A program made the translations under genes and the position numbers. From NCBI RefSeq assembly GCF_009914755.1, contig NC_060934.1: a stretch of 64,000 nt of DNA. One strand, written 5' to 3'. This DNA is from the human T2T-CHM13v2.0 reference genome, Homo sapiens. This document shows, piece after piece, positions 49,002 to 64,000 of this stretch; position 1 is the first letter of the stretch; every line of letters starts with the position of its first letter. Below the pieces are notes generated by a model that saw only the letters and a list, made by a program, of their open reading frames with translations, was not told the origin of the DNA and made no database searches.

Positions 49002-49827
49002 TTTGAGTGCTGTGACAGCCTTGGGAAATAGTCAAAACCTAATACCACAGGCTTCATCCTTGTTCTGTGGAAAAAAACAAAATTATTTGATGCTGTATCT
49101 GAAATTCAAGCCAATTTAAATTGAGCATGTACAGGGTCTCTCTCCTTGTTTTCCCTTTAATCATACTGATACTGTGCCCTGGCCTCCATGTGGCTGATAC
49201 ATTATTTCACAGTACTCAGTTTGATGCTTTGCAAGGGTTTGCCAGTTCGTTCAAAAGAGCCTGTTCAACATCCTCAATTTCATGGAAAAATAGCCAAAGA
49301 GAGAATGACTTTCTACTGTGTCTTCTGTATTCCATTTATAGTATCCAATCATCATCATCATAATCATACTAATATTACCAATAATAGTTATTGCTTAGAA
49401 AGTGCAGCATAGTAAAAGTGTCAGCAATTTATTTATATTTTCTAGAGTCCTAAAAACTACACTGCATGGAAGGTAGAATTTCTGACTTTACCTCATGATG
49501 AAAATCTAAAAGCTCAGAGGGTCTATGTATTTGATTAGACCCTCCAAGATCATTGCTTCTTTCTGAGCTCCGTGTCTACATATAAGTAAAGATATTTTTT
49601 CTTGGTTCTCAGGAAACATAGTGGCGCAGAGGATTTCTTTTGATATCTGGTCTTAAACTCATAAATAGGTTCGAAATTTTTGCCATTGTTAGTGATTGAG
49701 CTGAAGAGACTTTCCACTTTTTGGGAGAAGGAGTTAATATTTGCCAAGTTTCTCCACTTGTCAGACCCTTTAAGGGGCATGGTGAACACCTGGATATTTA
49801 ATATATGTTATTCTAAAAGCTAACTTT

Positions 49828-51092
<1,265 letters not shown>

Positions 51093-51109
51093 AAAAGCTA
51101 ATCTTTGTA

Positions 51110-51310
51110 GAGCAGTCTACTACATCAGCCACTGTTTCACATGCTTTACATTCATATTAAACTATTAAATTCTCACAATAACCCTATGGGGTAGGACTCT
51201 AATTACTCCTATTTTCAGGTGAGGAAACTAAGGCCTAGAGAATATAAAATGGTAGAGCTAAGATTTGAAACAATCTGGCTACAGAGCTCGAGTTGTTAAA
51301 TGCTACACTA
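51110..51310 (-). mobile_element. MIR
   Basis: attctcacaataaccctatggggtagg..attttcaggtgaggaaactaaggc. Confidence 0.75.
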
Positions 51311-53029
51311 CATCATGTCTTCATATTACAATTCCTACCCTCTAAGGGCTTGTACCTGTTAGACAAGACAGATGTACACATAAATCAATTATGTCATGTC
51401 ACTAACATATTACACTTGATTTGCACAAACCATTATGGAATGATCCTGATAAAGAAGAAAACCCTAGTAGAATCTGGCAGAGGCTGGATATGGTGAAAAG
51501 AGAACAACGGCCAGGAGGGCATGTAACAGAAGCAGCACCTATCCTTATGAGCCTTAAACTATGAAAAGACAAGAGGGATGGGCCCTCTTGGTCAAGAGAA
51601 AAGATCTGTGAAAATGATTTTGAAATTTTCTTCTAATTCTACAGCTCTAAATCATTTAATTGCATATGCTCTGTTGTTGATTATATCTTATATTTGAATT
51701 GTACTTTACAACTGTTATCTCTCTTGTCCAGTGAGGTCTGTAAAGCAAAAACGATCTTTCTGTCCTGAGAGATGCTGAAACTGTGTTAAAAGTAAGTGGT
51801 GCCACTACCATCATAGGCAAGCTAGTGGCAGAGATAAGACTATGAGCTCCCAATACTATGATCTTTCCATCGGACTTTGAGTTATGTCAGGTACTCAACT
51901 TATAAGTCAAAGGCTTTCTAAATAATAGTGATATTTACTGATTACTAGATGCTTATAAAAGAGAAGGTACTGTGCTAAGCACTTAATATGCATGGTCTTT
52001 AAAAAATCTTAGTTAATTATGCGATAGTTATCATTGTTCTAATTGCATATGAGAAAACTGAAATTTGGAGAAGTTACATAATTTTCCTAACACAATTACT
52101 ACATCAACACTGGTGATAAGCAAAGCTAAGACTAAAGATTGATCTTCAGTAAGAAAATGGCTGCATTCAGTGGCCAAATCCAAACTAGCATTTTAATATG
52201 TGTGCTAGTACACAGCTATTAGCAATATTTGTGTTTGGTCATTTCAACCAGAAATTCTGGAATCTTCTTCCATTTTTGGAATCTGACCTTTGCCTCAGTT
52301 ACTGACTCCATGACAAAAAAATCCCTCAATATTCTATCATCTCCAAGGTATCTTCACAGTTCTTTGTAGCTTATTTTTAGATCAAAGATGCATCTTAGAA
52401 AAATATTTTTGTCAAATATTCTGTTATCTAATTTTATTTTATCCTGGGAGCAATAGACAAACAACTTATCGGGCAGTGGTAAAAAAGAGACTGGGAGTAT
52501 TCAACAGGAGCTAGATTCTCATCCAGGTACGCTGCCCTGCTTGGAGCCACGGCACATATCCTAAGTGTTACTAAGTGCATATCATCTTCCACTAATCACA
52601 TGTTATCTTCAAAGCACAAAATGAAGCCAAATATTATTATCTCCAGTACACAGATAAGGAAACTGATGATCAGGGTAGTTAACAAAACATTGTAACATTA
52701 TATGATTTGATGTAGAGGGAGGATGGGGTTCAAATAGAAGTCGCATTTACACCTTATGACCCTGCCCTGATACACATTTTATGATGTTCCCATCCTTGCC
52801 ATTTTCTTTGTCATTCCCCTTGTTAGGATATTCTTGATACCCTTGTTCTAACTTTAAAATCATTTGAGCACTTTTTTCCTCCTTGGATTGCTGCTGTTTC
52901 ATTAGCAATGAAGTCTGAGTTGGGGAACCTAAATACTAATTCCAGATGTAGCACCTACATCATACCACATGACTGACCTCTCAGGGTCTCAGTCTCTTCG
53001 TCAATAAAATGGGAAGGCTAGGCTCAAGA

Positions 53030-53900
53030 TGTGTTTCTCAAACGTGGCTGCATGTTAGAATCACCTCATCACTATTGTTAATTTTGTAAAATTGTACACG
53101 GCATAATAACTATACCTTAAAAAAGTGGTAATATATACCATGAAATACTATGCAGCCATAAAAAAGAATGAGATTATGTCCTTTACAACAACATGCATGA
53201 AGCTGAAGGCCATTTTCCTAAGTGAATTAAGCAGAAACAGAAAACCAAATACTATGTGTTCTCATTTATAAGTGGGAGCTAAGCATTAAGTACACATGGA
53301 CACGAAGGAAGGAAAAACAAACACCAGGGCCCCCTTAAGGGTGGAGGTTATGAGGAGAGTGAGGATTGAAAAACTATTGGGTATTATGCTCATTAACTGG
53401 GTAACAAAGTTATCTGCATACCGAAGCCCCACGATGTGCAGTTTACTCATGCAACGAACTTGCACAAGCACCCCTTGAACATAAAAACTGAAGAGAAAAA
53501 ATAAATAAAAGAGACTTAAGAAGCAAAAACAAAATTCATTTTCAGTGACACATACTGAGATACTCATGTGTTCATTTATATCATTCCTTAGATTTGGTTT
53601 AAAATACTCTAGCATTTTTTTAAGTATTGTCATGACAGATGAACAAGACTGGTAAAATATCAACAACTGTTGAAGCTAAGTAAAGAGATATTCTACTATT
53701 CAGTCCATTTTTGTGTGTGGCTATAAAAGATTATGTAAAAGGTTTAAAAAATCACTTAGTAATCTATTAAAATAGTTGTGCATAAGCCACACTCTCAGAA
53801 ATTTTAATTCAATTATTGGAGGTAAGAGGGAAGCTATGACTTAAGTATAAGTATCTTCCAGAAAGTTACTCAGGTGGTTCTAACAGGAAGTCAAGACTAA
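53030..53900. mobile_element. MER5A-like MITE split by nested L1 insertions
   Basis: Left part gtgtttctcaaacgtggctgcatgttagaatcacct (53030-53066); resumes at aatcactt (53750) through caggtggttctaa. Confidence 0.6.
53125..53512 (+). mobile_element. Older L1PA/PB 3' end
   Basis: ataccatgaaatactatgcagccataaaaaagaatgag..ttataagtgggagctaagcatt..aacttgcacaagcaccccttgaac followed by A-rich tail. Confidence 0.85.
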
Positions 53901-54431
53901 ATATTTGCTTGGAATTCTGGATAACTTATACGGTTTCTTCTAAATATAATTCTATAGATACCAACACTTTTAGAAAAAGACACTATTTGGCTTAATCCAC
54001 TAGTATGAGAGGAAATGCTCCACACTTGAAGGGGAGTGTTTTTGGGACCCAGTGCAACTTACCATAAAGGCCTTCCATCACCTCTCAAAACCCTGGCTTT
54101 CTTATCCATGACTTGAAGGAAACGAACTCAAGCAAACTCCAATCACTCTATAAAAGCTGTAGCCCCAGGGGAAGATGAGAGAAGACAGCTGGTACATCTG
54201 GCTAAACTCAATTACAGCTGAGATGTGTTAGTCCATGCTTTCCTTGTCCTTTGTACAGGCCTGAAAAAGAAAGATGTCTAGACATTGGGGTTTTCCATCC
54301 TCTTCTCACTCCTTTAAATGAGCTGAATAGTCAACTAAGGTTATACTTTTGGATTCCTGCATATATACATTCATCTTTTTTATTCATGTATTGGATTAAG
54401 CCTTGTACATATGCCATATGCCGTTACTTTT

Positions 54432-54720
54432 ATTTATTTCCTTTTTTTTTTTTGAGACAGATTCTTGCTCAGTCACTCAGGCTATAGTGCAGTGGCACAA
54501 CCTCTGCTCACTGCACCCTCTGCCTCCCAGCTTCAAGTGATTCTCCTGCCTCAGCCTCCCAAGTAGCTGTGTTTTGTAGTCCAAAAAGTTTTGTATTTTT
54601 AGTAGAGACGTGGTTTCACCATGTTGGCCAGGCTGGTCTTGAAATCCTGGCCTTAAGTGATGCACCTGTCTCAACCTCCCAAATTGCTGGGATTACAGGT
54701 GTGAGCCACCATGCCTGGCT
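54432..54720 (-). mobile_element. Alu (AluS/J) with internal rearrangement
   Basis: TSD gcc(g/a)ttactttt at 54420-54431 / 54721-54732. Confidence 0.93.
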
Positions 54721-55918
54721 GCCATTACTTTTAGTATCAACAAAAATATAGTAAAATATTATAGCTATATCCAATCTTCAGATGGAAACCAAGGATTAAA
54801 GAGATTGAATAATTTTTCCAAGGTAACAGAAGCAGCAAATGGAAAAGCTGGACTGTGAACCCAAATCTGTATCATCCTCTAGAGCTGGACTATCAACATC
54901 CCTACAATTGTAGAGAAACAGTCATTGAATTCTTTTCTTGTCATTTCTTTTCTTTCTTCCCTCTCCTGCTCTCTCTCCCTCTTCCTCCCTCCTTCCTTCA
55001 CTCTTTGTCTTCTCTCTATTCTTCTTTATTTATTTATTTCTCAAAAATCTTTATCTGGTCTCTTAACCCCATCTTCTCTGAAACCTGTTGCTCATGAGCC
55101 CCATTTGTTGATGCTTCTTTATCCTCTATTTCCACAGGCTCTCTTTTCAATTCTAGTCTCTTACTAGCAACCATTGCAGAATTCTACTTGTATCTGTTGC
55201 CAAATTATTTGAATAATAAGAAATGCAAGACTCTTAGAAAATCAGAAAGGGCAAATTCAAGGAATAAAGAAACAGTTTGAAATGGAAATAAGCCTCAATT
55301 TTGATTGCTTAGCAGAAGGATGTGCCTTGTAGTTCCGAATGAAAAAATTATTTCTACACTTGCCTCTACAGAAAAAAAAAGTTAGAAAAGTCACACAATT
55401 AGTGAAAGTTTCCCCCAGCCTGCAATCCCAGACTTCATTTCTTGCCTGGCCCTTGGTCTCAGGAAGATAGCTTTCAACTGCTGTGTCACCAATGTTTCAA
55501 AGGTGGTTTAAGGAATTAGCCCTCTGTCCTTGGTCGGCTGGGCAGCATGGGTGACTGGAACTCCAGACTATAGTACTATCTTTTCATCTCCGTGTGCTCA
55601 TAAAGGTTATCATGTGCTTCCAGACATGAAAATGGTTGGAGGCACCTCTAAGTTTGTTTTTATATTTTGATTTATTTTCTACTATTTGTCCTCTCTGAAA
55701 TATTTAACCACATACTATTTCCTCTGTGAAATAATTAACCACTCACAACTTGGGGATTTTTTTGTTTGTTTGTGTTTTTTAAAAATTCTCCCTTTCATTT
55801 TTTAATATCTTAGTATAAATAGATATCACAGCTATTTTTAAAAATCAGGCCTAATTTACAGCTTAATGAATTATCACAAGGTGAATATCCTTGTAACTAC
55901 TACCCAAGTTAAGAAAAA

Positions 55919-56235
55919 TTTTTTTTTTTTTTTGAGGCTGAGTCTTGCTCTGTTGCCCAGGCTGGAGTGCAGCGGCGCGATCTTGGCTCACTGTAACCCC
56001 CACCTGCCAGGTTCAAGTGATTCTTTGCCTCAGCCTCCAAGTAGCTGGGATTACAGGCGCCCACCACCATGCATGCCCGGCTAATTCTTTTTTTGTTTTG
56101 TTTTGTTTCCTATTTTTAATAGAGATGGAGTTTCACCATCTTGGGCAGGCTGGTCTTGAACTCTTGACCTCACAATCCACCTGCCTCGGCCTCCCAAAGT
56201 GCTGGGATTACAGGCATGAGTCACTGTGCCTGGCC
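55919..56235 (-). mobile_element. Alu (AluS) with expanded T-rich middle linker
   Basis: Poly(T) followed by reverse Alu; linker ttctttttttgttttgttttgtttcc. Confidence 0.93.
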
Positions 56236-56440
56236 AAAATAAAACTTTTAAAGCCTCTCTGGATCTTCTAGAGAGCAGCAGATATGTAAGTTGTTTATAT
56301 AGTGACTGTACTACTTTATAGGCAGGGGAAGATATTGTAACACAGGGTAGAATTTGTTCTGTTATGTATTTACTTCTGATCTCTTGCTTCCGTAAATTTA
56401 CCTACACTATCATCTAAACAGTGATTCTTGATGTATGCAC

Positions 56441-56853
56441 TTTATTTTTTTTATTTTTTATTTTATACATATATATATATTTATTATACTTTAAGTTCTA
56501 GGGTACATGTGCACAACGTGCAGGTTTGTTACATATGTATACATGTGCCATGTTGGTGTGCTGCACCCATTAACCCATCATTTACATTAGGTATATCTCC
56601 TAATGCTATCCCTCCCCACTCACCCCCCCGACAACAGGCCCCAGTGTGTGATGTTCCCCTTCCTGTGTCCATGTGTTCTCATTGTTCAATTCCCACATAT
56701 GAGTGAGAACATGCTGTGTTTGGTTTATTGTCCTTGCGATAGTTTGATGAGAATGATGGTTTCCAGCTTCATCCATGTCCCTACAAAGGACATGAACTCA
56801 TCCTTTTTAATGGCTGCATAGTATTCCATGGTGTATATGTGTCACATTTCCTT
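56441..56853 (-). mobile_element. Host L1PA (PA5-like), 3' end
   Basis: Reverse 3' UTR ttattatactttaagttctagggtacatg...; interrupted at cacatttcctt. Confidence 0.95.
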
Positions 56854-57109
56854 TCTTTTTTTTTTAGCTGTTGGATATTTTTGTTTATTTTTTATTTTAT
56901 TATTATTATACTTTAAGTTTTAGGGTACACGTGCACAATGTGCAGGTTAGTTACATATGTATACACGTGCCATGCTGGTGTGCTGCACCCATTAACTCGT
57001 CATTCAGCATTAGGTATATCTCCTAATGCTATCCCTTCCCCTTTCCCCTACCCCACAACAGTCCCCAGAGTGTGATGTTCCCCTTCCCGTGTCCATGTGT
57101 TCTCATTGT

Positions 57110-60934
<3,825 letters not shown>

Positions 60935-60997
60935 TATTATGTTAGCTGGTTATTTTGCTCATTAGTTGATGCAGTTTCTTCCTAGTCTCGATGGGCT

Positions 60998-62014
60998 TTA
61001 CATTTTGGCATGATTTTGCGGCGGCTGGTACTGGCTGTTCCTTTCCATGTTTAGTGCTTCCTTCAGGAGCTGTTTTAGCGTGGGCCTGATGGTGACAAAA
61101 TCTCTCAGCATTTGCTTGTCTGTAAAGTATTTTATTTCTCCTTTACTTAAGAAGCTTAGTTTGGCTGGATATGAAATTCTGGGTTGAAAATTCTTTTCTT
61201 TAAGAAAGTTGAATATTGTCCCCCACTCTCTTCTGGCTTGTAGAGTTTCTGCCGAAAGATCCACTGTTAGTCTGATGGGCTTCCCTTTGTGGGTAACCTG
61301 ACCTTTCTCTCTGGCTGCCCTTAACATTTTTTCCTTCATTTCAACTTTGGTGAATCTGACAATTATGTGTCTTGGAGTTACTCTTCTTGAGGAGTATCTT
61401 TGTGGCTTTCTCTGTATTTCCTGAATCTGAATGTTGGCCTGCCTTGCTAGATTGGGGAAGTTCTCCTGGATAATATCCTGCAGAGTGCTTTCCAACTTGG
61501 TTCCATTCTCCCCCTCACTTTCACGTACACTAATCAGATGTAGATTTGGTCTTTTCACATAGTCCCATACTTCTTGGAGGCTTTGTTCATTTCTTTTTAT
61601 TCTTTTTTCTCTAAACTTCCCTTCTCACTTCATTTCATTCATTTCATCTTCCATCACTGATACCCTTTCTTCCAGTTGATCGCATCGGCTCCTGAGGCTT
61701 CTGCATTCTTCACGTAGTTCTCGAGCCTTGGTTTTCAGCTCCATCAGCTCCTTTAAACACTTCTCTGTATTGGTTATTCTAGTTATACATTCACCTAAAT
61801 TTTTTTCAAAATTTTTAACTTATTTGCCTTTGGTTTGAATTTCCTCCTGTAGCTCGGTGTAGTTTGATCATCTGAAGCCTTCTTCTCTCAACTTGTCAGA
61901 GTCATTCTCTATCCAGCTTTGTTCCATTGCTGATGAGGAACTGCGTTCCTTTGGAGGAGGATAGGCACTCTGCTTTTTAGAGTTTCCAGTTTTTCTGCTC
62001 TGTTTTTTCCCCAT
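60998..62014 (-). pseudogene. L1 ORF1p, disrupted
   Basis: Full 338-codon span from ATGGGGAAAAAACAG; in-frame stops at codon 65 (TAA 61820-61822) and codon 130 (TGA 61625-61627); C-terminal RRM/CTD part open. Confidence 0.92.
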
Positions 62015-63049
62015 CTTTGTGGTTTTATCTACTTTTGGTCTTTGATGATGGTGATGTACAAATGGGTTTTTGGTGTGTATGTCCTTTCTGTTTGTTAGTT
62101 TTCCTTGTAACAGGCAGGACCCTCAGCTGCAGGTCTGTTGGAGTTTGCTAGAAGTCCACTCCAGACCCTGTTTGCCTGGGTATCAGCAACAGTGGCAGTA
62201 GAATAGTGGATATTGGTGAACCGCAAATGCTGCTGCCTGATCCTTCCTCTGGATGTTTTGTGTCACTGGAGTACCCAGCCGTGTGAGGTGTCAGTCTGCC
62301 CCTACTGGGGGTGCCTCCCAGTTAGGCTGCTCGGGGGTCAGGGGTCAGGGACCCACTTGAGGGGGCAGTCTGCCCGTTCTCAGATCTCCAGCTGCATGCT
62401 GGGAGAACCACTTCTCTCTTCAAAGCTGTCAGACAGGGACATTTAAGTCTGCAGAGGTTACTGCTGTCTTTTTGTTTGTCTGTGCCCTGCCCCCAGAGGT
62501 GGAGCCTACAGAGGCAGGCAGGCCTCCTTGAGCTGTGGTGGGCTCCACCCAGTTTGAGCTTCCCAGCTACTTTGTTTACCTAAGCAAGCATGGGCAATGG
62601 TGGGCGCCCCTCCCCCAGCCTAGCTGCTGCCTTGCAGTTTGATCTCAGACTGCTGTGCTAACAATCAGCCAGACTCCTTGGGCATAGGACCCTCTGAGCC
62701 ACGTGCGGGATATAATCTCCCGGTGCGCCGTTTTTTAAGCCCGTCGGAAAAGCGCAGTATTAGGGTGGGAGTGACCCTATTTTCCAGGTGCTGCCTGTCA
62801 CCCCTTTCTTTGACTAGGAAAGGGAACTCCCTGACCCCTTGCACTTCCCGAGTGAGGCAATGCCTCATGCTGCTCGGCTCGCACACGGTGCGCTGCACCC
62901 ACTCTCCTGCACCCACTCTCTGGCACTCCCTAGTGAGATGAACCTGGTACCTCAGATGGAAATGCAGAAATCACCCATCTTCTGTGTCACTCACGCTGGG
63001 AGCTGTAGACCGGAGTTGTTCCTATTCAGACATCTTGGCTGCCCTCTCC

Positions 63050-64000
63050 CATTTTCTTAATCCAGTCTATCATTGTTGGACGTTTGGGTTGGTTCCAAGT
63101 CTTTACTATTGTGAGTGGTGCCGCAATAAACATATGTGTGCATGTGTCTTTATAGCAGCATGATTTATATTCCTTTGGGTATATACCAGGAATGGGATGG
63201 CTGGGTCAAATGGTATTTCTAGCTCTAGATCCCTGAGGAATCGTCACACTGTCTTGCACAATGGTTGAACTAGTCTACAGTCCCACCAACAGTGTAAAAG
63301 TGTTCCTATTTCTCCACATCCTCTCCAGCACCTGTTGTTTCCTGACTTTTTAATGATCGTCGTTCTAACTGGTGTGAGATGATATCTCATTGTGGTTTTG
63401 ATTTGCATTTTTCTGATGACCAGTGATGATGAGCATTTTTTCATGTGTCTTTTGGCTGCATAAATGTCTTCTTTTGAGAAGTGTCTGTTTATATCCTTTG
63501 CCCACTTTTTTGATGGGGTTTTTTGTTTTTTTCTTGTAAATTTGTTTGAGTTCATTGTAGATTCTGGATATTAGCCCTTTGTTGAATGAGTAGCTTGCAA
63601 AAATTTTCTCCTATTCTGTAGGCTGCTGGTTCACTCTGATGGTAGTTTCTTTTGCTGTGCAGAAGCTCTTTAGTTTAATTAGATCCCATTTGTCAATTTC
63701 GGCTTTTGTTGTCATTGCTTTTGGTGTTTAGACATGAAGTCCTTGCACATGCCTATGTCCTGAATGGTATTGCCTAGGTTTTCTTCCAGGGTTTTTATGG
63801 TTTAGGTCTAACATTTAAGTCTTTAATCCATCTTGAGTTAATTTTTGTATAAGGTGTAAGGAAGCGATCCAATTTCATGTTTCTACATATGGCTAGGCAG
63901 TTTTCCCAGCATCATTTATTAAATAGGGAATATTTTCCCCATTTCTTTTTTTTGTCAGGTTTGTCAAAGATCAGATAGTTGTAGGTGTGTGGGATTGTTT
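63050..64000 (-). mobile_element. Host L1PA (PA5-like), continuation running off the window edge
   Basis: Resumes at cattttcttaatccagtctatc, exactly where the 56441-56853 piece stops. Confidence 0.95.

Overview
Primate (human-like) AT-rich, repeat-dense non-coding DNA, either intronic or intergenic. I find no intact protein-coding gene. The only gene-derived sequence is a disabled processed pseudogene of ARL6IP1 (13086-15685, + strand), with a poly(A) tail, a target-site duplication (TSD) and an AluY inserted in its 3' UTR. The rest is mobile DNA: 17 Alus; solo LTRs (LTR12/ERV9, MER11D/HERV-K11D, MLT1A, LTR16C); hAT MERs; many MIR and L2 relics; two 5'-inverted (twin-primed) L1s; and a full-length L1PA3-like element with a short 3' transduction nested inside an older L1PA. 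The least expected signal is patchwork sharing of non-consensus variants among three neighbouring L1 copies of apparently different subfamilies, which suggests local ectopic gene conversion. I cannot support a new multi-gene system. Subfamily names and consensus comparisons are from memory of Repbase/Dfam-type consensus sequences and need RepeatMasker confirmation.
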